From Podarcis cretensis (taxonomy: Eukaryota): a stretch of 64,000 nt of DNA. The stretch spans positions 73,718,001 through 73,782,000 of the forward strand of contig OX638153.1 of assembly GCA_951804945.1 (NCBI GenBank), read 5' to 3'. The notes beneath the pieces were generated by a model. The model was not told the DNA's origin. It saw nothing but the letters and a program-made list of their open reading frames with translations, and searched no databases. The translations under genes were made by a program, and so were the position numbers. Below, piece by piece: positions 21,832 to 35,203 of the stretch. The stretch's first letter is position 1; each line of letters begins with the position of its first letter.

Positions 21832-24800
21832 CCCACAGTCCCAACAGCTTCCATCATGATGGTTGCCGCCTCATCACAAAACAGCAGGTTCCATATTTGA
21901 AGCAATAGGAAAGCTTAATTTAATACTAGGAACCTGGCCTGTGAAAGCAGCATATGTTCTGCACTACAGAAGATTTTAGGAACATTACAGGACAGGGTAG
22001 AGAAGCCTGGGCAGCAGGTTGTACCTTTGTGCAAAACCATCTTTCTACAGGGAACAGAAAATGGTATTTATGAGCAACGACCTGCAGTACGTGATCTCAG
22101 AATACAGTTCAGCCGAGGCCTCATCTTTGGCCTTCTAACTTCACCCCCAGGACCTTTGGTGGTTGGTGCCCCTAGATACTTGTAGGGCAGAAGGCAGGGA
22201 GACCAGTGCCAACTAATTCTAGTTGTATCCCCATCCTCCTCCATGCTGTGTTCTACAAAAGCAACACTGAGACTTTCTGATTTCACCCTAATGGACCAGC
22301 CTCAATTGCCCCAAACACCTCTCACACAAATATTTTACAAAGTAAAGGATGGTCATGTCGTAGTTAAAACACAGGATAAATGGAGCAAATGGAGCTGCTT
22401 ATTATTTTTAAGTAACATAACTCAGGAAAGAAGAAATGAATTCATTATCTTATGGGTTTAACAAAATCTGAACCATCTGGGAAAACAGCTAACTGTCCCA
22501 GTTCCTGTGTTTTGCTACTAATAGTGCATTTAGTCCAATTCAGTTGTTCACACCAATTAAGAGAGAAATTATGAGAATTTCCTGTGTTACGGTTTGAAAC
22601 AGAATGAACTGCTAAAGAACACCAAGCTTACCCCTAAAACAGAAGGGCTGACCAAGAAAATATATTCATCTTTAATCTGTTCCAGAGATAACAATACCTA
22701 GCACAGCTGTAAGTCTATGGAACCGGGTCATCCGTTATAGTAACATTCCCACAGCATAAGTCAGGACTCTGCCATTCAGATTTAATCATCCTTTCTAACA
22801 CCACAGCATGTTCTGAACACTCTTTTCATACTCAAATAAACTAATCTCTCTGGTATTGTGGAGGTCACTAGCTTTACAAGAGACTGAAAACTCATTTTCA
22901 TGTTTTGTCTGATCCCAATTTCAACTGCAGGGAAGTTCACCGGTCAGTTCTGCATCTGATCAACACTACATGCATCAAGAGTTATGGAAGCAAACATATT
23001 AGAGATTTTGGACATAGAGGAAAATTAGTAACATACATCACATGTGCATACATTAAAGATTTCACACAACCAGATTCATTAAGTTGATACTTGGCTTACG
23101 GGGGGCGGGGGGGCGGATGGAGATCGTTATTTCTTGGATTTTAGACAAAAACAAACCAACTGAAGTTTGAGCTGGATTGTACTGGCCAGTCAAAGAAATT
23201 TGTGGGCATCTGTACCTTTGATACATGAGAAAGACAAGGTGCAAGGATTCACATTACATGTTACAAACAGAGAATGATTTATTTTAAGGTTTCCCATGCC
23301 TGACCATGAGATGGACATTATAATGATCTGCTTTGTTTATTACTATGATAATAGCTCCCAGCAAATTATGACCATTTTATATAAGATCTATGATAGCAGG
23401 GAAAAGAAAAGAAAGCTCAAAACCTTCTGCATTGCTTTAGAACTAAAGTGAAATGCAGCTCTACAAATTATGAGTGCACACATTAATTTAAGCATCTCCC
23501 TTATTACACCTATTTGCTCCATATAATGATTACTTCTGTTGCAACTGGGCACAAAGCCCTAATTTAAAAAGAGACAATCTATTTATATAGAACAATCAAA
23601 CTTATTCTAGGTACTTTAATGCAGAGTTTACATTAAAAACCCCACAAAACAACAGATACACTTTTTTTGGCCCACCTCAGTAAGAATAGATTGGATTTAG
23701 CTAGCCCTAATAATCTGCACAGCATTTTCCTGCATAAATATTCTGGGCATAATGCCTTGGCATTTCAAATGAACTTCTGTAGGAGATGTTCCCATTAGAT
23801 GGTGCCTTATGTTTTCATTTTGCTGTTCCAAAGTGTAAAGGCCAAGAAACTGGACAGTAATTACATGACAAACAACACTCATTTGAAATTCATTATTGCA
23901 AACAGCTTAGGCAGATCACTCTAGAATGATTAGTCATTAACAGAATTTTTATAGCTGTAAAACTATTCAGTATTAACCTTCATACAGTAAGGGGGAAACA
24001 AACACTTGCAGCAACTTCTATATAAGAAATAGACTAAAAATGGGCTGCTCCTATCAGTGGCCTCTGCCACTGATGCCATAATGGTATCAGTGATGTCATG
24101 CTGTGATGCCATAATGGTTTTTAACAGCACAGTGAAAGGATGGTATAGGAACACTGGCAATTTCTATGAACAGTAAAAATGTCCTGCTATGAACATTAAA
24201 AGGAACTGAACTCAACTGCGTGTAAAAAAACAACATTCAGTTGTGCAGATATTAAATGTTTCAAATTGCAGGCCACTGGATTTGGCTCTTTCCAATACTA
24301 AGATATGTTTGGAACAAAGGTTTTGGAAAAGACAGGAATTCAATCTACTGAAGCATAACTCTCTGCATTTATTTTAGTCTGTTGTCATGTGGACAGTTAA
24401 TAAACTCTCTGGCAAATGATTAGGAAATGGTAGTTTTAGCTTCTTTGATATTCCACATGTTCTGCAGAAGAACATAATAGTTTTGATTCAGATCCTTGCC
24501 ACAAAAGACAACGCAATGTCTTTTTCACTTCACCATGATTCCTGGATAATTACTTCACATAATGTACTGGCTATAGCTGCCAAGTTCACACATTCAAACT
24601 AATTAAATCAAAGCTTCAAAATGCTTAAACCAGGTTTGGAGGAGCTGCACTTTTTATCCAATACAGGGCAGTGGAACAAAAGAAATAGCAAAACCAACTG
24701 TTTAGTCACAATGGCTAGAAAATTAGAGTCAACAAGGCACCATGAAATCAGCCAATTACTTCAAAGAACAGCCAGTTTCTTATTGACTCAATTGGTTCTT

Positions 24801-27111
24801 TAGGTCACTAACAACAAAAGGTTGACATTGCCCATATGGAATTTATATTTTCATGCATTATTAAAATGGCTTCCTCCTCATCTTTAAAATAATATGCCTT
24901 CTCTCTTATCACAACCACAGAAGAGCAATCAAATAAAGTCTCTTTGATAACACAGGATTTCTTCTATGTTATTAGCAGAAGGTAATAGTCACTCTTGAAT
25001 ATTTCAGTTATGTTAGCAATTAATTGTCCACTCCACTCATTAAGTACATTCATAGCTAGTTAAATATACTTATTGTTTTTTGGTAGATGATTTGACCATG
25101 TGGTCCTGATCAGGTTCCAATTCAATGAAAGAAAATCTATTTAGAAAGAAACCTGGACAGTAATGGTACTTAGAATTTATATAGAATCAAGAATTCAAAG
25201 CATTTTACATATTTTATATCCATCTCAGTAAACCTTTCAGCAGCAGTACAAAATGTACAAACATTATAGAGCTGAAAGTATTTGGTTCACTTTAACAGAA
25301 ATTAGCAAAATTTGAAAATCATGTTTAGGCAAAACCTACAGGAATGAATTAAATGCATGATTTATTTTTAAAAGGGGAAATGTCTGACTGATAAATAGTA
25401 ATCAAACTTTTAACTAAGCAAACTTTAAACAAGTTTTTAAATGTGCAAACTTTCATAGCTGAACACTCTCTCTTGGATATATTATTAACGGCATAAGTAA
25501 GATGACCTAAATTATATGAAAAATATAAGAAACTCAAGAAGCTGGCTGCAATTCTGTGAAACATCCAACATATTGCCAGCCCAGGTTACATCTGAAATAT
25601 ATCATATTCTATGCTTCACTTAACTGGGTCATTTCTAAAAGGAGATCTGTACTGGGCCACCAGTGGCTTCTAGGCAGAAAGCAAAGGAAACAATTACCAC
25701 TTTAACCTCTGGCACAAAAGACAGACAGTAACAATCTAAGTCAGTTGATTCAATTGTGATGTATGTTTTTTGCAGCAGCCCCACAACTTTTAATGGAGGG
25801 GTCTTTTTTTGGAACCCAATTCCTTCCATCTTTTGCTGCAGCTGCAGAATCACTGTGGTTCCAGAAAAGCTAAAGGAAAACTTACTAAAACAGGAAGCTC
25901 AGGACACTACATGCATTTTAAAGTTAGAAAACAGAAATCGTAAAATATTGCCCACAACCATGATTCAAGGATTCTACATACAAAGAAAACTACTCTAAGG
26001 TGTGTCCAATGACGGCTTTGCCTAAGTGGAAAGTGCTCCTAGTCTCACAAGTTGGAGAACCTGGTTTTTGCTGCTTTTCCCTACCATCTTCAGCCCCACC
26101 ATATCTCCCCCAAAAAACTGTTCCCAATGGCTGGGAGACCCCTGGAACAGAATGTGATTTAGAGCAGAGGAGTGCAGCAAACAGCAGCAACAGCAACACA
26201 GGTGCTGCAGCAAAAAAGAAAAAGGGTGTCTCAACCTCTGTGATCAGAAGCACTTTTTGCTAAGGTAAAGCCACAATCTGTCCAACATTATGGGTTGAAA
26301 AACCAAAGAATATGGATGGCTTTTTCTTTCATATAATATATAGAGTAGAGGTTGTAATGCCATATGGCAAAGAATCAGCTGAGCCAAGATAAATAACTTT
26401 TGCTTGTCATTAACGAAGTTGAAGCTCAGCTGTAACAGCTGCATCATAACGTATCTCTAAAAGGGGGTGTCAAAATCTTGTTCAATTGGCTTCTGAAGCA
26501 TTCCGGCATGATAAAAGCCTAGTTAAGAACACTGTTGATCATAAAAAGGCTCTCTTTCTTCAGATGAGTCAGGCAGCTTTTTTGACCTTTATGGTGAGTT
26601 ATCTTTCAAGGACTGTGGAAGGAGAATACTTTTGTATCCAACAGATGAGTTATCAGGCTATAGATCTCAAAATATATACAGCTTTAAAAACAGCCAGAGC
26701 ATTTCATAGTATAGTACTGAATCTGACATGCTTAGTATAACTAAGGAATATGTAGCTGCTGTAGCCCAGGCATAAATACCATTTCCACAGCTGGAATAAA
26801 GCAAAGAGGATTTCATTTTGGAAGATGCTTCATGTGATATGAGCCAGGTTCAAGTTTAAGGCTTGCCCAATATTTAAAATCTTTTCACTCACATATGCTC
26901 AAAATCTGCCTCTGATGAAGATTTGTATACTATCCATCGCTACATATGTTAACTATTTTGAATCTATTAAGTGAAGGTCTTGCAGTTCTACAATTACCAG
27001 CTACGTCCCCCCACCCTGATTTAACATGCTCTCTGCCTAAAAAGAACAGAGATATTTGTGGAACCTTTGTGGACTACATAAAATATCCACAAAATGTTAT
27101 CCTGAGTTATG

Positions 27112-27174
<63 letters not shown>
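27112..27174. repeat. (GATA)n microsatellite
   Basis: About 15 perfect GATA units. Confidence 0.95.
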
Positions 27175-27175
<1 letters not shown>

Positions 27176-27324
27176 TTATACCTACAAATTATAGCACTGA
27201 ACCTCTTGATGTATTGTGGTTCAGCTGTTTCATGTCACAGTCTCCCTTTGAGATTACTTTGTTACGATATGTTTCCTTTAATATTGGTTACAGGCTGTCC
27301 TGGTAGGACGGCATGTTTATCACT

Positions 27325-27352
27325 GTTTGTTTGTTTGTTTGTTTGTTTGTTT
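27325..27352. repeat. (TTTG)n microsatellite
   Basis: About 7 units. Confidence 0.85.
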
Positions 27353-27599
27353 TAATATTGCCATATTTGTGTTATTTGTTTGCACAGAGACAGGCCTATT
27401 TGTCACAAATAGAATGCAGAAGAGCATGGTTGGCAGATAATGGCATACGTCACACTGGAAGATGGGCAGGTGAATAACTTGATGTCATTATTCGGTTCTG
27501 TAGTATTGCCCATCACTTTACTTGTTTCTCTGCTGTGTGACCTGTTGTTGTGGAACTCTTTTAGGGGTGGGTGGGGGGTGGGGGTGGGTGGAAGGAGGG

Positions 27600-27601
<2 letters not shown>

Positions 27602-27644
<43 letters not shown>
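27602..27644. repeat. (GA)n microsatellite preceded by G-tracts
   Basis: About 21 GA units. GGGGTGGGTGGGGGGTGGGGTGGG at 27564-27588 lies upstream. Confidence 0.9.
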
Positions 27645-27651
<7 letters not shown>

Positions 27652-30600
27652 TAAGCAACTACAGGCTTGCCATTCAAGGGATGTGAGAGGGAAGTGTCAG
27701 TGCCCAGGATGGGCTACAAATGGCTGATACACACACATAACTGCAGCTCAGGATAAACCTTCATGCATCTGGAAACATCAACTGTAGTCCACAAAAGCTT
27801 GTCCATAACAAATGTGTTAGCCTTTAAGGTGCCAGAAGACTGCTGCCTTTGCTACAAGAAACTGCTACCCCTTTGGAAACGTCAGATCATGCACCGTATG
27901 GCTTTGTTCTGAAATAGCACTGAAGATTGTCTTTCAAGTCCATAATGGCTACATTAGAGCCCTACTGGATCAAACTAAATGTTCACCTAGCCCAGCATCC
28001 TGTTTTCCACTGTGGCCAACAAGAAGGACATGAAGGGTGCTCCCGTGGTTCCTTTCATTTCCTGTGTATTACACGTTCACTTTCATCTGCCCATTGCCTT
28101 GTGCACTACAGAGGAGAACGCGCAGATTTTGATTTTCAAAAAAAGCGCATCCTCCTGGTGAAAGACTGGGTCATTTTCAAATTCTGACTTCACTAAAAGG
28201 TGTTTCCCATGTACGTCACCTACCCAACAGATAAGCCAAACAAGGTCTGAAGCTCCTTTAATTTCTCGCTGTCTTACTCCACTGCTATTTCTCTCTCTCC
28301 TCCTTGCCTTAATTCTGCCTGGTGACAAGGGAACAGGGCTTTGGAGAAGCAGGGGGCGCTTGGCAGGGTCCTGATGATGAGCTCTCTCTCCTCTGCCAAC
28401 CAGAGTGGGGGAGGGGAGACCAGCTGCGGTGGTCCAAACAGCAGTTGCCACTGCTGCTGTGGTAGTGGCAGCCACTGCCCTCCACCATGCTTCTGGGCAT
28501 GTTTCATCAGTGGATGGATGGTGGTCCTTCTGAATGGGAGCTAAGGTCAGTTCCCATCCAAAGCGGGTGCAATGCACAGGCTCATAGATTTATCACCCTA
28601 CCTGCTTGACAGAGCTACGAAATAATAAACTTCATAAATCTAGGAGCTAGGGCATTACATTTTTGGTAACAAAACAGCAGATGTCCACAATGTTTATATT
28701 GGGCTTGCTTAATATTTAATGGGAACTGCTATGAGAAATTTGGCAAGAAACGAGCATGCATACAAATATAAGATATCAAGGCTGTTGAACCTCCTTTATC
28801 CAGAAATTGATTTTATATGAACAGTGCTTTATGACCTCTAGACTCCAAAGAGAAGCCATTTCTTAGCTGTGCCCTATGAATACAGGTTTTGCGCACACAA
28901 ATATTTTGTTGTGGAACATTTCGGTACCAAAGCCATCCATCAACTGGGCAAAAAAAGGGCAAAATATCATTTGATTGATGGCATTAGCTGTCAACAACAA
29001 TTATATTATGAGCTAAAATAAATTTTGTAATGAAAAAGCTGTTGTAAATAATTTGATCCATAGAGTCTAATGGATGGTACATGGCAGCATTGCATTACTG
29101 TTTAATCATTTGTGGGCCAAAATGAAGCGTGGTGTAAATTTTTATTAGAACTATTCAACAAAACAGAGTGTATGCCTTCCATCTAAATCCTGGCTTGTGT
29201 CAAACTAAACTTTGGGGGAAAGGGAACAGATTTATATATGGCTCAAACTTATGTGTGTTACATTCCCCACATGGAGTGATTCTACAGCTACAGATATGGA
29301 AGGAATGCATGCACTGATGGAATTGTGCATTTTCCTAATTGCACCGGAGCTAAAAAAGGATGAACTACAACTTATAGTACCCCTACAAAATCCTAATTAA
29401 TGGGATCATACTGGCATGGAAATAATAATGAAACAATATGGAATTCACTTATCGCTTTAGCACTTCACATCTAAATAACAATACTAGACATAAAATTTGG
29501 GGACTTCTATTTTATGTTCCATTTCTTAACATACAATTTGCCTATATCTCTAACAAAAAAAAAAATCAGATTGATGGATCTATTATTTTTATTATAACTT
29601 GACAGATAGATCCAAATAGCTGGGGCTGATAGGAGTTGTAATCCAGAACAGCTAGACGACACTAGGCTGGTGAAGACTGTTCTGTGTCAAGAGATGTGCA
29701 TTTCTCTCTCCCACCCAAAAAGATTCACACTCTTCCCATATATCCAGGCTGCAGACATGATACATAAGCACAGGGAGAGGAACGGCAAGGTTTACACTTC
29801 ATTATAATTATAGGACCGGTCCTATAGGGGGCATGGAACCGGATTTAGGGGACTGGTCGCATGGGGCACGGAGCCTCAGGGCACCACAGGGGACGTCACA
29901 ACTATGATGTTCAATGGAAGGTGAGATGTGGCTAGGGTGCTGCTGAAATTTGAGATTACACTGGTGTAATTCATGTCCAAAGCCACTGGCATGGTTAATC
30001 TCTACTCATGATACCTTGGGATGCCCAGGGATATTAAGATATATTTATGGACTAGTTTCCCCCCCAGAAAGATTGATTGCATGGATTCTTATATAGTGGG
30101 TACAGAAAAACGTCAGAGATAATATTTTTCCCTCCAGCAAATCATGATGGATTAGGCCCTCACTCCCTGCTAATCATAGCTGAGCAGATCAAAGCACACC
30201 AAAGATGTGCATCTCTCTGATAAAGCACAACAGATGGAAAACCTTACTTGCCAAGGAGAAGCATGTCTGCAAAATGTGGCTGATAAGCACAGAGAAACAC
30301 CAACTCAACAAACTACATCCACCTTCAACATTTTATCTAAAGTGTACTTAATTGAGCTGCCAGTTAATCTTTTCCAGTATTTGATAAAATAATTATATTA
30401 AATCAGAGAAAAATGTCACTACCTCAATTAACTAGGAGATTTTCCCAGGAGAACTGAACTTGAAATTGCCATTAACGAGGCAGGAAAAAAGGGACGCACA
30501 TAATAATGAGGCAGTGCTGGTATCTTTTGAACCATTATCTCCTGGAAGCAAATGGTAAGTTGATGTAGTTGCTGTCCTAAGACCCTTACAAGTATACCAT

Positions 30601-31014
30601 CTACATCATCAGAAGCTTACAGCTCCAGGAGATTCTGTATCCATCTCCCCAGGTAAAGCAGGTAATATATTAAATTAAATGAAAATATTTTCTTTGCATC
30701 ACTGAACAAACCTGCAAACTGCACAACATTGATCTTATGTTAAACAAAACAAAAGCAAACACAAGAATGTTCACATGAAGGCATTTTTCTAATTTCAATT
30801 CTGCTTAGGTTATTTGTGTTTTGAAGTGTTAACACAGTTTACACTATGCTAGCAAGACCATTCAACCTGTAAGACTTAGGATTCGACAAGTAAAAGCAGG
30901 AATACAAACAACATTGGCTTATTCAACTTCTCAGTTTTTAGCATAGATGAACTGAATCCATTGGTTTAATATAAATCAATTTGTTAATTCGATGTGAGGC
31001 TTTTGCGATTCACA

Positions 31015-31180
31015 CAGGAATACAGGAAGCTGCCTTATACCTAGTCAGACTATTGATCCATTAACTCAGTACTGTCTACACTGACTGGCAGTGGCTGTCC
31101 AGGATTTCAAGCAGGGAGTGTCTCTTAACCCTACCTGGAGATTGAAGGCAGACACTTTACCACTGAGCTACAACCCTTCC
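31015..31180 (-). mobile_element. tRNA-derived SINE (Squam2-like)
   Basis: AGGAAGCTGCCTTATAC...TGTCTACACTGACTGGCAGTGGCT...CCCTACCTGGAGAT...ACCACTGAGCTAC, the reverse complement of the family at 14742/14925. Confidence 0.65.
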
Positions 31181-31251
31181 CTTACATACATAACGTCCTA
31201 GAGCTCTGAATGAACACTTGAGATATTTCATTAATATTGTCTGGTTTTAGT

Positions 31252-31500
31252 GCCAGTGTGGTGTAGTGGTTAAGAGCGGTAGACTCGTAATCCGGAGAAC
31301 CAGGTTCGCGTCTCCGCTCCTCCACATTCAGCTGCTGGGTGACCTTGGGCCAGTCACACTTTTCTGAAGTCTCTCAGCCCCACTCACCTCACAGAGTGTT
31401 TGTTGTGGGGGAGGAAGGGAAAGGAGAATGTTAGCCGCTTTGAGACTCCTTCAGGTAGTGATAAAGCAGGATATCAAATGCAAACTCTTCTTCTTCTTCT
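31252..31500 (+). mobile_element. Squam3-type SINE with (CTT)n tail
   Basis: GCCAGTGTGGTGTAGTGGTTAAGAGCGGTAGACTCG...GGTTCGCGTCTCC...CAAACT(CTT)n. Confidence 0.88.
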
Positions 31501-31989
31501 AGAGCTATATAACTTTGTGCTTCTGTGTCTTTAAGATTGTTGGTGCTTTAATGTGAGAGAGATTTCACTTCCTAAGTCACTGTTACTGTTGTTGTGTTTG
31601 GAATTTTGCAACTGAAGGGAAAGGAACTCATATTTTGCAGCTCCCTTGCCTCAAGTTATTAGGAAATGATTTGCCTATTGAAGCAGTTATTGTTCAACAA
31701 TATTTTTTTCCTAGCTCACTTATTTCAAATATTGACATTCTTTGATATACAGTTTTATGTTACGCCAAAATCTTGATTTAAGAAAGCTTTCTGGGCAGAT
31801 ATTTTATTTGTATTCATGATGTATACAATGGCCTGGTTCTCATGTCACATTAAACCTGCCTTCTCCAAACAGATGTGCCCCAGACAAACCTGATTTTCCC
31901 CAAACAGGCTACTTCAAATTCTGGCAGGAAAGAAAGACAGATGAGCCCCAAAGATAATAAAACCCAAGTCAGAAGACCATAGAAGAGCA

Positions 31990-32278
31990 GCTTTTTTAAA
32001 AAAAAAAGATAACTCAATTCCAAATCAAGTAGGGCTTTGTAGGTCAAAACTAGCATTTTGAAATGCACCCTGAAACAGACTGATAGCCAATGAAGTCGTT
32101 TTAATATAGGGGCTGCTCCCTACAAGTAGCCCTAGTCAACAGTCTGGCTGCAGAATTCACATGTTTTTACTGCGAAATCACTTCAATAAATTTTATGAGC
32201 AGTAATTCATAAATGGAATCAAATAAATACAGAATGATCTGAAGTTTATGAACAGTCTTCAAAGGTAGCCCCATGAAA
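31990..32278 (-). pseudogene. L2 LINE ORF2 C-terminal fragment
   Basis: Minus-strand peptides GLPLKTVHKLQII, NSAARLL and VHFKMLVLTYKAL match L2 motifs (GLP...KLQ.VQN.AARL; RI.FK.LLL.YKAL). Confidence 0.7.
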
Positions 32279-32284
32279 AATGTA

Positions 32285-32686
32285 TTGTTGTTTAGTCGTT
32301 TAGTGGTGTCCGACTCTTTGTGACCCCATGGACCAGAGCACGCCAGGCACTCCTGTCTTCCACTGCCTCCCGCAGTTTGGTCAAACTCATGCTGGTAGCT
32401 TCGAGAACACTGTCCAACCATCTCGTCCTCTGTCGTCCCCTTCTCCTTGTGCCCTCAATCTTTCCCAACATCAGGGTCTTTTCCAGGGAGTCTTCTCTTC
32501 TCATGAGGTGGCCAAATATTGGAGCCTCAGCTTCATGATCTCTCCTTGCAATGAGCACTCAGGGCTGATTTCCTTAAGAATGGAGAGGTTTGATCTTCTT
32601 GCAGTCCATGGGACTCTCAAGAGTCTCCTCCAGCACCATAATTCAAAAGCATCAATTCTTCGGTGATCAGCTTTCTTTATGGTCCA
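32285..32686 (-). mobile_element. Bov-B (RTE clade) LINE 3' fragment
   Basis: Encodes FGHLMRREDSLEKTLMLGKIEGTRRRGRQRTRWLDSV...AWRALVHGVTKSRT.LND*, the classic Bov-B C-terminus, with a (CAA)n tail. Confidence 0.93.
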
Positions 32687-34805
32687 ATAGTTTAAATGTT
32701 GTGTTTATAGAGAATGCATTTTAAAGGTGCTAACTGAGTATAAGATTGCGGTAAAAAATGAAGGCAACATGCTTGCTTAGCTTTGACTTTTTTTAGTTGC
32801 CACTTAGTCCAGTTCTCATCCTTCAGACTCTCTGCATCTTCATCCCATCCCTTCCATTGCTCACCTTACCTCTAGCTACAGTTTCATTTGCTCCCTTTCC
32901 TTCCCCTGGGCACTCAACTCTCAAACACTCCTTTGCCTCTTCCTTCTTTCTGTTTCCCAAATCAGCCCAAGCTTCACTTCCCTTTAGGCTTTTTGACCCA
33001 TTTATTTCACATTTCCCTTGCTTCTGTTTGGGTTCTGCTTCAGGAAACTGCTCAAGAATTTAAGGGCAGAAGGCTGGGTTCCTAACAGTCACAAATAATT
33101 TGTGCCCATATCAGAGAAGATGGTAGACTTTTGGAGTCTAGATAGGGATGGCCCTGTTCCAAAGTTCAAACTGTAGTTTGAGCTACCTTTACAAGCCAGT
33201 GATATACATTTTTACCAAATCAGTATGACAGAATTTGCTAATATAGAAAGCAGGAGAGACTCATCTACACGGGAGGATGACAATGTGCTCAAAGAACAGC
33301 ACATGACTTCAGCTTTTCAGCCAAGCTTTTAAGTGCAGAAACCTACCACAGCTCCATGTATAATAAGAAACGTTTACTTTAATGAATGATTACAAACAGA
33401 AGGCTCTTAAACAACTCTCTGTCCAACGGGGACCTTTAAATATTTACATTGTGCTGGTGGACACGTAACAAGGCTTTATGCTCCAACCAAGCTCAGTATA
33501 GTGCCCACACAGAATATGCTGCTTTATTTTTCTGTCATCTCCTGGTCAAACATTAGATTAAAGATTGACGCAGGCAAGCTTCCACCTACAGCAGTCTTGC
33601 CACTCATGTACAACAAATTCCATCTGCATTCCCCCCCACAATCCATATGGCAGCTATTTTAAATGTGACTAGAAACTGCAAGTTAGATCTTCAATGTGAC
33701 CATGATTATTCATAACTGCTGCACTAAAAAAAGGAGTGAGTTTTTCTTGCATTATTAACTATACCTGCAAGTATTATTAGTTGGGGTTTTGAAGAGGAAT
33801 GGAAATTACTGCATTTGCAGGGATTACTGGTTTGGAGGAGACTGGCAGCCTTAGTTTACTTAATAGGACTTAGATCTTAAATCAAACACTACAGGAAACT
33901 TTGGGACATCAATGGAACCATGTCCAAGAAAGTCTTTCAGTAGTTCATTAGCCGTCAGAAACTGCATGGTTAAGTAAAGTTGGCCATCTCTTCTGTTTCG
34001 GAGATATAACTAGAATCAATGGGCTCAATCCAGCCAAATTAAATTGAGCACAAACCAAGATGTTTGCTGTTACTTGAAGTAAATTGTACTTGGAAGATGC
34101 AGAACCCTCCTTTATCAATAAAAAAAATGTTTTTGAGATTTAAAAGTACTTCAACTTTGCCTAATCAAGAAACCTAAATTTGTGCGGGTTGCTTTTCACT
34201 TCTTGGAATTTATAAACTTTTTGTGTCTGTTTGGTTAGTCATTTCAGCACAGACCTAAGGTCTTGGCAGGACAGAATTATGTTTCACATCTAAGAAGCAT
34301 AAATAAGAAGGAATAAGAGCCATATGTATGCTCATCAGTAAGAGCAACATGATTGCACAGTGCAGCAAATGGAGATTCCTGTGGATTTCCCAGCACTAAT
34401 GGCTCAGAATGGGGGGGGGGGGGAGGACTACGAAAAACATGCAATTTCCAAAGCTTATTCTGTCAATCAGTGAAAATATGAAACCTAATTCCTGTGTGTC
34501 AATAAAACTGATGAAATGGAAATTCTGTGATCTCCTTCCTGCATGGTGCAGGGATTTGGAAGTTAGCGTAAACACAAGTTCATGAGACAAATGCTGCTGT
34601 ATGAAAGTCCTGCCTAGTCCAGCATTCTGTTTCCCACAATGGGCAGTCAGATGCCAATGGAAATCCCACAAGGATGCGGCTTGTCCTAACCCTAGGGCCC
34701 AGATGACACTGATTATTACATTTAATGAATCTATATTTGCTTCATATATATTGGGGTTTTTTTTGTTTTTAAGAAAATGTGGCAGGAATAGAGCTGTAAT
34801 TTTCT

Positions 34806-35203
34806 TTTTCTTTTTTTATAATAATATTTATTAAATTTTTGTATAACCAATAAAAAACATACATAATAACAAAATATTTTCCATTATCCACACTTCATTC
34901 TCAACTTTGGACTTCCTCACACCTCTTGTTCCTGCTTTCTAAACATAGATTTTACCAGCAAATTATTAACTTAATTTAATTCATATAATATAATTTTCCA
35001 ATATTTAATGTCTCAAATTTGGGATTTAACATACTCTTATTGAAGCTTAATCATAAAATATTACTTATCCAAAATTTATCTTTTCATCTACCAATTAAAT
35101 TTAAATTTATATTCTTTATAACTAGTTTGTTGGAGCCGTGTTTTTGCTAATCTTACATCTTTCTTAACATTCATACAATTTACAATATTTTTGTAGATAG
35201 TCC
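34806..35203 (-). mobile_element. 5'-truncated poly(A)-tailed LINE (L1-like) 3' end
   Basis: Perfect 16-bp TSD AGAGCTGTAATTTTCT (34790-34805, 35204-35219). The T-rich tail and TTTATT (AATAAA on the minus strand) are at the left end. The minus strand begins with a short ORF end DYLQKYCKLYEC*. Confidence 0.75.

Noticed and set aside
28083-28577. 164-aa minus-strand ORF and similar Ala/Gln-rich ORFs at 45851-46288 and 26000-26263
   Set aside because: They overlie GC-rich degenerate repeats or CAG-like low complexity, with no domain or splice support.
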